From Planctomycetota bacterium (GTDB lineage Bacteria; Planctomycetota; UBA1135): a stretch of DNA of 64,000 bases. The notes under the pieces were generated by a model that did not search any database, was not told where the DNA came from, and worked only from the letters and a program-made list of their open reading frames with translations. The translations under genes and the position numbers were made by a program. The stretch covers positions 8,298-72,297 of the forward strand of contig RFGR01000023.1 of NCBI GenBank assembly GCA_003696625.1, in the 5' to 3' direction. Below are positions 19,982 through 28,783 of the stretch, one piece after another; the stretch's first letter is position 1; the number at the start of each line of letters is the position of its first letter.

Positions 19982-21163
19982 GTGGCGGCCGAGGCATCGC
20001 GGGCGGCAGGGGGGGCGCCGCGCCGACTCGGCGCGGTCGCTGGGGAATCCGCGGGGCCGCTCCTGATCTGCACCGGCGGCATCCACGGCAACGAGCCGGC
20101 CGGCCTGGCGGCGGCGGCCGAGGTGCTGGCCGAGCTGGGCCGGCGGCCGGGTCGCCTTCGCGGCCGGTTCGTGGTGCTGGCCGGCAACCGGGCGGCGCTG
20201 GCGGCAGGGCGCCGCTTCCTCGCCCGGGATCTGAACCGGATCTGGCTGCCGGAGCACCTGGCCGGGCTCGAGTCGCCGGCCGGACCGGACGACGCCGAGG
20301 CGGTCGAGCAGCGGGAATTGCTGGCCGCCTTGCGGGAGGAGATCGGGGCCGCCGGAGACCGGGAAGTCTTCTTCCTCGACTTGCACACCTCCTCCGCACC
20401 CGGCATCCCCTTCGTCTGCATCGGCGACACCCTGCGCAACCGCCGCTTCGCCCGCCGGTTTCCGGTGCCGGTGATCCTGGGCCTCGAAGAACAGGTGGAC
20501 GGCGCCCTGCTCGAGTTCCTGAACAACGCCGGCGTCGTCACCCTGGGCTTCGAGGGCGGCCAGCACGAGGCTCCGGAATCGATCGAGAACCTGGCCGCGG
20601 CGATCTGGACCGGGCTGGGTTCGGCCGGCCTGCTCCCCCGGCGGGACGACCGGGTCAGGGCCGCCCGCCGGCTCCTGCATCGGCGGCGGCAGGGCGTTCC
20701 GCGGGTCCTCGAGATCCGCTACCGGCACGGCCTCACCCCCGGCGACGGTTTCCGGATGCGGCCTGGTTATCGCAACTTCCAGGCCATCACCGCCGGCGAG
20801 GCCCTGGCTGACGACCGGGACGGACCGATCTACGCCTTCTACGACGCCCGAGTGCTGCTGCCCCTCTACCAGGGACTCGGCGATGACGGCTTCTTCCTGG
20901 CCCGGGAGGTGAGCCGGTTCTGGCTCTGGCTGTCCCGGTTGCTGCGCCGGCTGCGGCTGGGGACGCTGCTCCCGCTGTTGCCCGGAGTCGAACGACTGTC
21001 GGTTGGGGAGGATGCGGTCCTGGCCGATCCCCGCGTGGCGCGCTGGTTCACCATCGAGATCTTCCACCTCCTCGGCTACCGGAAGCGGCGCCGGCGGTGC
21101 GGCCGCCTGCTCTTCAGCCGTCGCCGCCACGACCTGGGCCGGCCGCCGAGGATCGCTCTCTGA
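19982..21163 (+). CDS. Succinylglutamate desuccinylase/aspartoacylase (AstE/AspA, COG3608-like) family zinc deacylase
   Basis: GGIHGNEPAG (HxxE zinc site), DLNRIW and LDLHT. GTG start 1 nt after the GCS2 stop. Confidence 0.8.
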   Translation: MAAEASRAAGGAPRRLGAVAGESAGPLLICTGGIHGNEPAGLAAAAEVLAELGRRPGRLRGRFVVLAGNRAALAAGRRFLARDLNRIWLPEHLAGLESPAGPDDAEAVEQRELLAALREEIGAAGDREVFFLDLHTSSAPGIPFVCIGDTLRNRRFARRFPVPVILGLEEQVDGALLEFLNNAGVVTLGFEGGQHEAPESIENLAAAIWTGLGSAGLLPRRDDRVRAARRLLHRRRQGVPRVLEIRYRHGLTPGDGFRMRPGYRNFQAITAGEALADDRDGPIYAFYDARVLLPLYQGLGDDGFFLAREVSRFWLWLSRLLRRLRLGTLLPLLPGVERLSVGEDAVLADPRVARWFTIEIFHLLGYRKRRRRCGRLLFSRRRHDLGRPPRIAL

Positions 21164-21331
21164 CCGGCGGTCCGGGATCTTCCGGCGTCGCCCGGGTTCT
21201 TTCAGGCCCAAAAAAACCTTCCACTTCCCAGGATCTTCCCTAACCTGATGAGCGGCCTCGGTGCGCCAGACGCGGGCGATCCCCCCCCATCGCTTCCGCC
21301 GCTTACCCCCCCCAGCGCCGAGGCCGGTTTT

Positions 21332-23113
21332 TTATTTCCGGGCGACCCGCAGCCGGTTCCGGCCGCTCTCCTTGGCCTCGTAGAGAGCGCCGTCGGCACG
21401 CCGGACCAGTTCAGTCAGGTCCTCGCCGGGCCGGTGGCAGGCGAGGCCGAGGCTGACCGTCACGGGGATCTCGACGCCGTCGGCATCCACCGGCCGCTCG
21501 GCGATCCCGGAACGGAGCCGTTCCCCGGTGGCGACGGCCTCGTCTTCGGTCGCCAGCGGCAGGAAGACGGCGATCTCTTCGCCGCCGTAACGTACGGCGA
21601 CGTCGGACTCCCGGATCCGTTCCCCGATCCGAGCGGCCACCTCGGCCAGCACCCGATCCCCGGCCAGATGGCCGTGGCGGTCGTTCACCGCCTTGAAGTG
21701 GTCGACGTCGATCATCAGCAGGGCGAACCCCGCCTTCGGATCCCGATCGTGGAGCCCGATCATCCGGCGGGCGGCGTCCTCGAGGTAGCGCCGGGTGTAG
21801 AGCCCGGTCAGAGGATCGCGGATCGACTGCTGGTAGATCCGTTCCCGCTCGGACTCCAGGGACCGGAACAGCAGCTCGCGCTCGACCGCGACCGCCAATG
21901 GCTGGGCGACCAGGCGCAGCGCGTCCTCGGCGCCGGGTCGGTCGGCCCCCTCCGGCGCCTCGAGCAGAGCGAGTCCGAACAGGCGGTCCTCGTGGGCCGG
22001 GTAGAGCGGCAAGGCGAGGTCGCCGCCGCCCGGGGTGCCGCAGGCCGGATCCTCGGCCACCAAGCGTTCGGCCTCGTCGGCGTTCCAGGCCGCGGCCGGA
22101 GTACCGACCAGGCGCCGGAGGGCCGCCGGCACCGGGCCGAAGGCGCCGCGGAACCGGTCCTCGGAGCAGAGCCGGAGAGCCCGATCATCGTCCGCCAACG
22201 CGACGAACTCCACCCGCCGGATCGGCAGGATCCGCCGAACCCGGTCGAGGACGCTCTCGGCGATGGCCCGGAACTCCCGCTCCAGGGCCATGGACTTCAT
22301 CGTGTCGCGCAGCAGGGTCGAGAGGGAAACCAGCCGCTCCAGGTCGGAATCCTGCTCGCTCAAGAGGTAGAGACCGCACTCCAGGCGACTGAGCCGGTTC
22401 AGGACCGCCGGCACCAGCTCGCCGCCGATCACCCGGCCGTGCTGGGGCGCGATTCGTTCGATCGGCAGGCGCTGCAGGCGGAGGAGGGTGTGCAGAAGCA
22501 CCTCCCGCGACGGCATGTAGTGCTGGTGGAAGAGGTCGATTCCCGCGAAGTCCTCCGGCCCGCCGGCGAACAGACGGTCGTCATCGGTGAAGCCGCCGAA
22601 GAGATCGCTGGAGAAGAGAGTGCCGGACCCGCGATCGAAGGTGGCGAAGGCGCCGGGGAAGTGCAGATAGGGGGTGAAGACGAACTCCAGCCGGCGGCCG
22701 CCGAGGTCGAGATGCCAGTCGTGTTCCTCCACCCGCCAAAAGGGGAGGCGGGGCGCCAGATGCTCGAGCAGAACCTCGGCCCGCCAGTGGGTGATCCAGC
22801 AGGCGTCGTCCCGCTCGACCAATTCTTCGACCACCGCTAGGGCACCGGTGATGTCCGGATCCTGGTGATGGAGGACGAACCAACGGATGTCGGAGAAGGG
22901 CAGGATCGCCTGGATCTTCTTCCTGGTGTCGGGCCAGGTCAGCGCCGAGCCGGGATCGATGAGCACCGACTGGTCGCCGTGTTCGATCAGGTAGGCGTGG
23001 CAGGGGAAGGGATCGCCGGGCAACCGGCCGCCGACCCACCAGACCCGTTCGGCGATCTCGACCGGGTCCGAGCCGGCTCGGACATCGGGACGGGGGGGAG
23101 TCCAGGTCTTCAT
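21332..23113 (-). CDS. Diguanylate cyclase with an N-terminal MBL-fold/diiron-protein-like sensor domain and a central GAF-like region
   Basis: N-terminus CHAYLIEHGDQSVLIDPG...VLHHQDPDITG resembles the flavodiiron/ODP-type MBL fold. C-terminus RDPLTGLYTRR...DHFKAVNDRHGH...RESDVAVRYGGEEIAVFL has the GGEE active site and an RxxD I-site. Confidence 0.85.
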   Translation of the reverse strand: MKTWTPPRPDVRAGSDPVEIAERVWWVGGRLPGDPFPCHAYLIEHGDQSVLIDPGSALTWPDTRKKIQAILPFSDIRWFVLHHQDPDITGALAVVEELVERDDACWITHWRAEVLLEHLAPRLPFWRVEEHDWHLDLGGRRLEFVFTPYLHFPGAFATFDRGSGTLFSSDLFGGFTDDDRLFAGGPEDFAGIDLFHQHYMPSREVLLHTLLRLQRLPIERIAPQHGRVIGGELVPAVLNRLSRLECGLYLLSEQDSDLERLVSLSTLLRDTMKSMALEREFRAIAESVLDRVRRILPIRRVEFVALADDDRALRLCSEDRFRGAFGPVPAALRRLVGTPAAAWNADEAERLVAEDPACGTPGGGDLALPLYPAHEDRLFGLALLEAPEGADRPGAEDALRLVAQPLAVAVERELLFRSLESERERIYQQSIRDPLTGLYTRRYLEDAARRMIGLHDRDPKAGFALLMIDVDHFKAVNDRHGHLAGDRVLAEVAARIGERIRESDVAVRYGGEEIAVFLPLATEDEAVATGERLRSGIAERPVDADGVEIPVTVSLGLACHRPGEDLTELVRRADGALYEAKESGRNRLRVARK

Positions 23114-23122
23114 CGTTCCGGA

Positions 23123-23560
23123 TCAGTCCTTCTTCTTGTCCTTCTTCTTCTCCTTCTCCTCCTTCTTCTTCTTCGGCCCCCATCCATCACCGCCGGCGAA
23201 GCTGTCCGGAAGGATCGGATACCGGCGCCGATCCGCAGCAGTCGCCCGCGTCGCCTCGACCCGCCAGGTTGTCGAGGCGCCTGACCTCTCGAACTCGACC
23301 CTGGCCCAGCCGCTGTCGAGTTCCGTAACATAGAAACAGCGCTCTTTCGGCGGGCGGCCGGTGCGGAGCAGGTTCCCCGCCCGGACCACGGCCGCCGACG
23401 TCAGTTCTTCCCGCTCCTGGCGCAGCCGGTAAAAGTTCTCGACCGTGAACGAGTCGTGCGTCGCGCGGTAGGCGGCCCCCCACAGCGCCATCGCCAGAGT
23501 GCCGAGGATGACGACGATCAGCAGCGCGGAGCCGCGGCGGTGGTCGATGGTGGAAGTCAT
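23123..23560 (-). CDS. Minor pseudopilin-like protein (GspK-position) with an N-terminal TM and a Lys-rich C-terminal tail
   Basis: RRGSALLIVVILGTLAMALWG hydrophobic N-terminus. C-terminus GPKKKKEEKEKKKDKKKD. ATGA overlap with the upstream gene. Confidence 0.6.
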   Translation of the reverse strand: MTSTIDHRRGSALLIVVILGTLAMALWGAAYRATHDSFTVENFYRLRQEREELTSAAVVRAGNLLRTGRPPKERCFYVTELDSGWARVEFERSGASTTWRVEATRATAADRRRYPILPDSFAGGDGWGPKKKKEEKEKKKDKKKD

Positions 23561-24042
23561 CCGTGCCAGAGCAGGGTGATGGTTCGCAGATCCTCCTCCT
23601 GGCCGGCGGTCAGCGAGATGCGCAGGTCGTGGGCGCCGCTCGGGCGGAGCTGGAACTCCCGCACCGCCCGGGCGACCACGAACTCCTCACCGGTCAACCG
23701 ATCCTTGCGCCGGAGAAGGCCGTCCCGAACCGAGTACTCGAGCCCGCGGTCCTCGTCCCCGCCGGCTCCGACCAGAGTCCTGACCGCGGCGGCCTCCCGC
23801 CGGATCCGTAGGACATCGTCGTGCTTCTCGACTCTGTCGGCGGCGCCGAGATCGGACAGCAGCCAGGCGACCGCGACGCGCAGTTCGGCGGCGCCGACGG
23901 CCCGATCCCGGAGACCGACGATCGAGCCGCCGATCGGCCCCCAGGCCCGCGCCGAGAAAGTCGCGACCAGAGCGAGGATGGTTCCGACCACGACCATCTC
24001 GACCAGGGTGTGACCGCTCCGAACCTTGCGGTTGACGCTCAT
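23557..24042 (-). CDS. Pseudopilin (prepilin-type N-terminal cleavage/methylation motif)
   Basis: ATG at 24042. SGHTLVEMVVVGTILAL motif. ATGA overlap with the upstream gene. Confidence 0.75.
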   Translation of the reverse strand: MSVNRKVRSGHTLVEMVVVGTILALVATFSARAWGPIGGSIVGLRDRAVGAAELRVAVAWLLSDLGAADRVEKHDDVLRIRREAAAVRTLVGAGGDEDRGLEYSVRDGLLRRKDRLTGEEFVVARAVREFQLRPSGAHDLRISLTAGQEEDLRTITLLWHG

Positions 24043-24482
24043 CGCTCCTCCTCCTCGCCCTTGCTCTTCTCTTCCTTCTTCTTCTCCTTTTTCTCTTCCT
24101 TCTCCCCTTCCTTCTTCTTCGGAGCTTCCTTCTTCTCGGCTACGTTCTGCTCGAAGACCGCGGTGGTCCGCGGCGGGTCCAGCTCCCGCCAGACCTTGGT
24201 CACGGTGACCTCGTAGGGGCCTTCGGCCGGCACGTGGATCGTCATCCCGGGATCGACCGCCAGCGTCGCCGGTACACCGAGCGCCCGGGCCAGGGGGTCC
24301 GGATCCTGAACGACGTGCAGGACGGGGTCGCCGTAGGTCCAGTCGTCGACTCCGTCCAACACCTCCTGGTGGCCCTTGACGAGCTGGATCATGCCGAGCA
24401 CGACCAGGTTGAGGACCAGCACGGCCACCATGCACTCGAGCAGGGTGAACCCGGCGCCGTTGCGTTCAGGGCTGGACGACAT
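24039..24482 (-). CDS. Pseudopilin with a Lys/Glu-rich C-terminal tail
   Basis: GAGFTLLECMVAVLVL prepilin motif. The last roughly 32 aa are EKKEAPKKKEGEKEEKKEKKKEEKSKGEEEER. Start is the ATG at 24482 (or the GTG at 24491). Confidence 0.75.
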   Translation of the reverse strand: MSSSPERNGAGFTLLECMVAVLVLNLVVLGMIQLVKGHQEVLDGVDDWTYGDPVLHVVQDPDPLARALGVPATLAVDPGMTIHVPAEGPYEVTVTKVWRELDPPRTTAVFEQNVAEKKEAPKKKEGEKEEKKEKKKEEKSKGEEEER

Positions 24483-24876
24483 GGCCGTCACGACTGGTCT
24501 GGCCGGTGATCCGGCCTTCCTCGTCGAGCACGAGGCTGCCGGTCCAGCCGGTCGCCCGAATCCGTCGGGCCTCGATCTCGACTCCGTTCGGCCGGGCCCG
24601 CCGAATCCGATACTGGAAATCCTCGTCGCCCTCCAGAACTGAGGACCGGATCACGCCGAGCCGCACCAGATCCTGGACCGAGGGGGTGAACTCGCCCTGC
24701 TCGAGCCGGTACATCCGTTCCGCCAGCCAGATCGAGTGCAGGACGGCGGCGCCCTTGTCCACGGTCGCGGTCTCCATTGCGACGCTGACCTCCGGCACCG
24801 CCGCCAGCGCCAGGAGCCCGGCGATGACCAGGACGACGGTCAGTTCGATCAAGGAGAAACCGCCGCGCCGGATCAT
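24466..24876 (-). CDS. Pseudopilin (GspG/H-like)
   Basis: MIRRGGFSLIELTVVLVIAGLLA prepilin motif. Confidence 0.8.
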   Translation of the reverse strand: MIRRGGFSLIELTVVLVIAGLLALAAVPEVSVAMETATVDKGAAVLHSIWLAERMYRLEQGEFTPSVQDLVRLGVIRSSVLEGDEDFQYRIRRARPNGVEIEARRIRATGWTGSLVLDEEGRITGQTSRDGHVVQP

Positions 24877-26024
24877 CCCTCTCCGCCTCCTTCCGGGTCG
24901 GAATCGGCCGGCTCCACTTCCGGTGCCGGCTTCTCCTCCGGCGCCGGCGCCGGCACCTGCTGCAGGTGCCGGGCCTGGGCGGCCATGATGCCGGCCAGCG
25001 GCGCCGCGTCCGCCCCGAGCCGGATCGCTTCGAGATAGCAGTCGAGCGCCGCCTGATGCTGACCGGCGCTGTGGCGGAGATGACCGAGCAGAACCAGGGA
25101 GCGACTGTCGCCGGGATCCCGACGCAGGGCCTCGCCGATCGCGTGGAAGGCGCCCTCGGCGTCGCCGAGCAGGAAACAGGCGCGGGCCAGGTCGGCCCAG
25201 GCGTCGTCGTCTTCAGGGTGGATGTCGAGGTAGTGCTCGAGGTGGTCCCGTCCCTTCTCGGGCCGGCCGGCGACCAGGGCCGCCCGCCCGAGCGCGAGAT
25301 TGAGCGGGTCGGTCAGCTCATTCGGCTCGAGGTCACGGCCGAGATCGGCCGCTTCCGACCCCCGGCCGGCCAGAGCCAGGGCGAGGACCGCGGCGCGGAG
25401 GAGGTCGCCGTCTTCCGGCCGCATCGCGATCGCGGCCTGGTAAGACTGGGCGGCTGCGGCCGGTTCGCCGGCCGCCAGGCGCGCGTCGCCGGCGGCCCGC
25501 AGGAGTTCGACAGAGGCCGGCCGCACCGCCGCCTCTCGGTCGAGCAGGCCGGCGGCCGCGGCCGGCTGACCGGCGGCCAGCAGAGCCCGGGCCTGCCGGA
25601 GCACCGGCTCGAGATCGTCGGGAGCGCGCCGCGAAGCCAAGGCGTAGCAAGAGGCGGCGTCCTCGAAGCGACCGCGGGCCTCGGCGAGCTGACCGCGAAT
25701 GAGGGCGACGGCCTCGCTTTCCTCGTCCAGCACCTCGGCTGCGGCCAGCTCCTCTTCCGCCGCCGCGTAGGAACCCGCGAGAATCAGGCTGCGGGCGCGG
25801 GCCAGGCGCAGACGAAATTCTTCCCGACCGTCCGGCACCGCGGCCAGTTCGCGCATGGCCTGCTCGCCGTCGTCGGCCGCCAGGTTCCTTTCCGCCTCCG
25901 CCAGGGCGATCTCGGCACGGGCCTGTTCGAAGTGCTCGCGCGGAGCATCGTCATCGACCCGATACACGGAATTCACGCAGGCCGACAGAAAGGCGGTGAG
26001 GAGAAGCAGGGTCGGGATTCTCAT
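24873..26024 (-). CDS. TPR-repeat lipoprotein, candidate secretin pilotin (PilF/PilW-like)
   Basis: Lipobox LLTAFLSAC. Multiple Ala-rich TPR-like repeats. Position immediately downstream of the secretin gene. Confidence 0.65.
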   Translation of the reverse strand: MRIPTLLLLTAFLSACVNSVYRVDDDAPREHFEQARAEIALAEAERNLAADDGEQAMRELAAVPDGREEFRLRLARARSLILAGSYAAAEEELAAAEVLDEESEAVALIRGQLAEARGRFEDAASCYALASRRAPDDLEPVLRQARALLAAGQPAAAAGLLDREAAVRPASVELLRAAGDARLAAGEPAAAAQSYQAAIAMRPEDGDLLRAAVLALALAGRGSEAADLGRDLEPNELTDPLNLALGRAALVAGRPEKGRDHLEHYLDIHPEDDDAWADLARACFLLGDAEGAFHAIGEALRRDPGDSRSLVLLGHLRHSAGQHQAALDCYLEAIRLGADAAPLAGIMAAQARHLQQVPAPAPEEKPAPEVEPADSDPEGGGEG

Positions 26025-27685
26025 GACTGCTCCTGACCGAAGTCGTTCAGGTTGACAAGAAGCCGGCGGAGAATCTGCTGGTCGACCGGGCGGGTGGATT
26101 CGCCGGAGACCAGGGACCGGCTGATGGCGCCGCGCAACGCGAGCGCCGGTCGGCTGATGCCGGTGAGGCCGTCGGCGACACGGGCCAGGACGAGGGCGGC
26201 GCCGCCGAGGCCGCCATCGGCGAGCCGGCGGGCGGTCTGCAGGTAGACGGCGCGGACGGGCCGAGGCACCCCGAGATCGAACTCGGAGCGGGCGGGCGGC
26301 GCCGGCTCTTCGTCGAGGATGTGCGGAGTGAGGAGGACGATGATCTCTTCCCGGACCGTGCTGTTCTCGACCCCGCGGAAGAGCCGGCCGACGAACGGCA
26401 GGTCGCCGACCACCGGCACCTTGCTCGCGGTGCTCTTGACCTTTTCCCGGAAGAGGCCGCCGATGGCGACGGTCTCGCCGTCTCGGAGCAGGATGTTGGT
26501 GGTCACCTCCGCCGTTTCCTTGAACGGCAGACCGTTGGGGTTCAGCCCCCCCTCCGAGTCCTCGGGGTGGACTTCGAGTCGGATCAGGCCGTCCTCGCTG
26601 ATGAACGGCCGGTAGACCAGGCGGGTGCCGGTCTCGATGAACTCGACGGTCTGGGTGCTCGAGGTGTCCGTCACGGTCGTCGTCAGGTAACCGTCGCGAC
26701 GGCCGAGCAGCACCTCGCCCCGCTGCTTGTTCAAGGTGACGATCTTCGGGTTGGCCAAGATCGAGGCGTTGGCCACCTGCTCCAGCGCACGCAGGAAGAC
26801 GCCGACGTCGCCGTTGATGACCCCGGCGGTCAAGCCGCCGCCGGGCAGACCGGCCGAGACCGAGGAGCCGGCGGCGGTCACGCCCTGCTCGAGCTGGGAA
26901 CCACTGATGCTGCCGCCGGAGAGCGAGGTGCCGTCGGCGCTGGTCACGCCCCAGCGCTCGAAGTCGACCCCGCCGAGGGCGTGGAAGTCCACCCCCATCG
27001 CCATGCTGTCGCTCAACTGCACCGAGAGGATGGTCGCCTCGAGCAGCACCTGGCGCGGCCGACGGTCGAGGGTGGCGACGACGGCGTCGGCCTGCTCCAG
27101 AAACGACTCGGGGCCGGTGACGACGACCACCTCCGCCGCCGCGTAGCTGTCGCCGCCGGCTTCGGTCTGGCTGGTCTCGATGCCCACCTTGGCCACGGTC
27201 GAGGCGGCCGCGGTGGCGCCTTCGACCAGCATCGGCTTGAGGACGCTGACCACATCCTCGGCCCGGGCGTACTCGAGTTCATAGAGCCGGCTGCCGGTCT
27301 CGGCCGGAGCGATGAAGATGAAGGCCCCTTCGTCCCGGGCCTGCAGGCCGGTGCTGCGGCAGACCAGATCGATGGCCTCCTCGGCGGTCAGGTCGAACAG
27401 GTCGCCGGAGAAGGTGGCCGTGACCTCGGGAGCGACGACGATGTTGCGGTGGGTGATCTCGCGGATCTGCGCGAACACGTCGTGGACGCGGACGTCCCGC
27501 GCGTGGTACTCGATCCGTTTCTCGGTCGGCGACGCCCCCGGCAAGTGGAAGTCCGGCGGCAGCGGCTCGGCCAGCAGACGGGCGACGGCCTCCGGGTCCG
27601 GGCGCACGCCGCTCTCCTGCGCGGCCAGGTTGCCGGCCGCGAGGATGAGTGCGCAGAGCAAGAGAGGGGTTCGGAGTTGCTTCAA
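26021..27685 (-). CDS. Secretin (GspD/PilQ family outer-membrane channel)
   Basis: TTG start with signal peptide KQLRTPLLLCALILAAGNLAAQ. C-terminal secretin signature VPVVGDLPFVGRLFR...EEIIVLLTPHIL. Confidence 0.88.
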   Translation of the reverse strand: MKQLRTPLLLCALILAAGNLAAQESGVRPDPEAVARLLAEPLPPDFHLPGASPTEKRIEYHARDVRVHDVFAQIREITHRNIVVAPEVTATFSGDLFDLTAEEAIDLVCRSTGLQARDEGAFIFIAPAETGSRLYELEYARAEDVVSVLKPMLVEGATAAASTVAKVGIETSQTEAGGDSYAAAEVVVVTGPESFLEQADAVVATLDRRPRQVLLEATILSVQLSDSMAMGVDFHALGGVDFERWGVTSADGTSLSGGSISGSQLEQGVTAAGSSVSAGLPGGGLTAGVINGDVGVFLRALEQVANASILANPKIVTLNKQRGEVLLGRRDGYLTTTVTDTSSTQTVEFIETGTRLVYRPFISEDGLIRLEVHPEDSEGGLNPNGLPFKETAEVTTNILLRDGETVAIGGLFREKVKSTASKVPVVGDLPFVGRLFRGVENSTVREEIIVLLTPHILDEEPAPPARSEFDLGVPRPVRAVYLQTARRLADGGLGGAALVLARVADGLTGISRPALALRGAISRSLVSGESTRPVDQQILRRLLVNLNDFGQEQS

Positions 27686-28782
27686 GTCGCCATCTCGAAC
27701 AGCGGCAGGTAGAGGGCGGTCAGGATCAGGGCCACTGCCAAGCCCATGAGCACGATCAGCACGGTCTCGATGTTCGAGGCGATTCGGGTCACGACCACCT
27801 CGACCTTGCGCTTGTAGAACTCGGCCACCTCGGCGTGGACCTCGGGCAGGGTGCCGGACTCCTCACCGATCCGGGTCATGTTGATCGAGAACGAGGTGAA
27901 GACTCCGGTCACCGCCATCCCGTCGGCCAGATTGCCGCCGCGGCCGATGTGCTGGGCCAGGCGCTTCATCGCCGCCCGATAGACCGGGTTGCGGCCGAAG
28001 ATGCCTTTCAGGGCGTCCATCGACTCGAGCAAGGGGACGCCGGACTGAAGCAGGGAGGCGAGGTTCTGCGAGAAGGTCTGCATCGCCGTTTGGACCATCA
28101 GGTCGCCGGACAGCGGCATCGAGATCAGGAACTTGGTCCAGACCCGGGAGCCGTCCTCGCCGCGGATGTACTGGCGGAAGGCGTAGAAGGCGCCGATCAG
28201 CCCCAACAGCAGCCAGTGGCCCCGCTCGCGCAGGAAGTCGGAAGCCGCCAGGACCTTGATGGTGAGGTCCGGAAGCTCCTTGCCCATGTCCTCGAACATG
28301 CTCGCGAAAGTCGGCACCACGAAGACCAGCATCACGATCACGGCCGAGGTGGAGACGCCGAGGACGATGCAGGGATACATCAGGGCGCTGACGATCTTGC
28401 TGCGGAACTGGGCCGCCTCGTCGATCGTCGCCGCCAGCCGCATCAGGACTTCCCCGAGCTGACCGGAGACCTCGCCCGAACGGACCAGTTGGGTCCACTC
28501 CGGCTTGAAGTGCTCGGGCCAGGCCGCGAGCGCCTCGCTGAGCCGATCGCCGGCGGCGATCCGCTCGCCGATGGCCTGGATCACCTTCCGCATCTGCTTG
28601 CTCTCGGACTGCTCGGCCGCGATCATCACCGCCTGGTAGAGCGGGGTCCCGGCTCGGAACAGCGTGTTGAGCTGACGGAAGAAGGCCAGCTTGTCGCTCA
28701 GCTTGATCTTGTCGTGGACCGGGTCGGCGATGCGCGGCTTGAAGTAGCCGAGGCCGAGGTCGGGAGCGGCGGCGGCGGCCAT
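27682..28782 (-). CDS. Type II secretion / type IV pilus platform protein (GspF/PilC family)
   Basis: Two T2SF repeats (LNTLFRAGTPLYQAV and LASLLQSGVPLLESM) and three TM segments. ATG at 28782 lies 1 nt after the GspE stop. Confidence 0.88.
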   Translation of the reverse strand: MAAAAAPDLGLGYFKPRIADPVHDKIKLSDKLAFFRQLNTLFRAGTPLYQAVMIAAEQSESKQMRKVIQAIGERIAAGDRLSEALAAWPEHFKPEWTQLVRSGEVSGQLGEVLMRLAATIDEAAQFRSKIVSALMYPCIVLGVSTSAVIVMLVFVVPTFASMFEDMGKELPDLTIKVLAASDFLRERGHWLLLGLIGAFYAFRQYIRGEDGSRVWTKFLISMPLSGDLMVQTAMQTFSQNLASLLQSGVPLLESMDALKGIFGRNPVYRAAMKRLAQHIGRGGNLADGMAVTGVFTSFSINMTRIGEESGTLPEVHAEVAEFYKRKVEVVVTRIASNIETVLIVLMGLAVALILTALYLPLFEMAT

Positions 28783-28783
28783 C

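Noticed and set aside
21253-21326. Long-range inverted repeat (CGGCCTCGG...CCGAGGCCG) followed by TTTTTTATTT, considered as an intrinsic terminator between the convergent AstE-like and GGDEF genes.
   Set aside because: The stem is only 9 bp before a bulge and the loop is about 50 nt. The T-run also overlaps the GGDEF stop codon. The structure is too irregular to call, though termination somewhere in 21164-21331 is likely.
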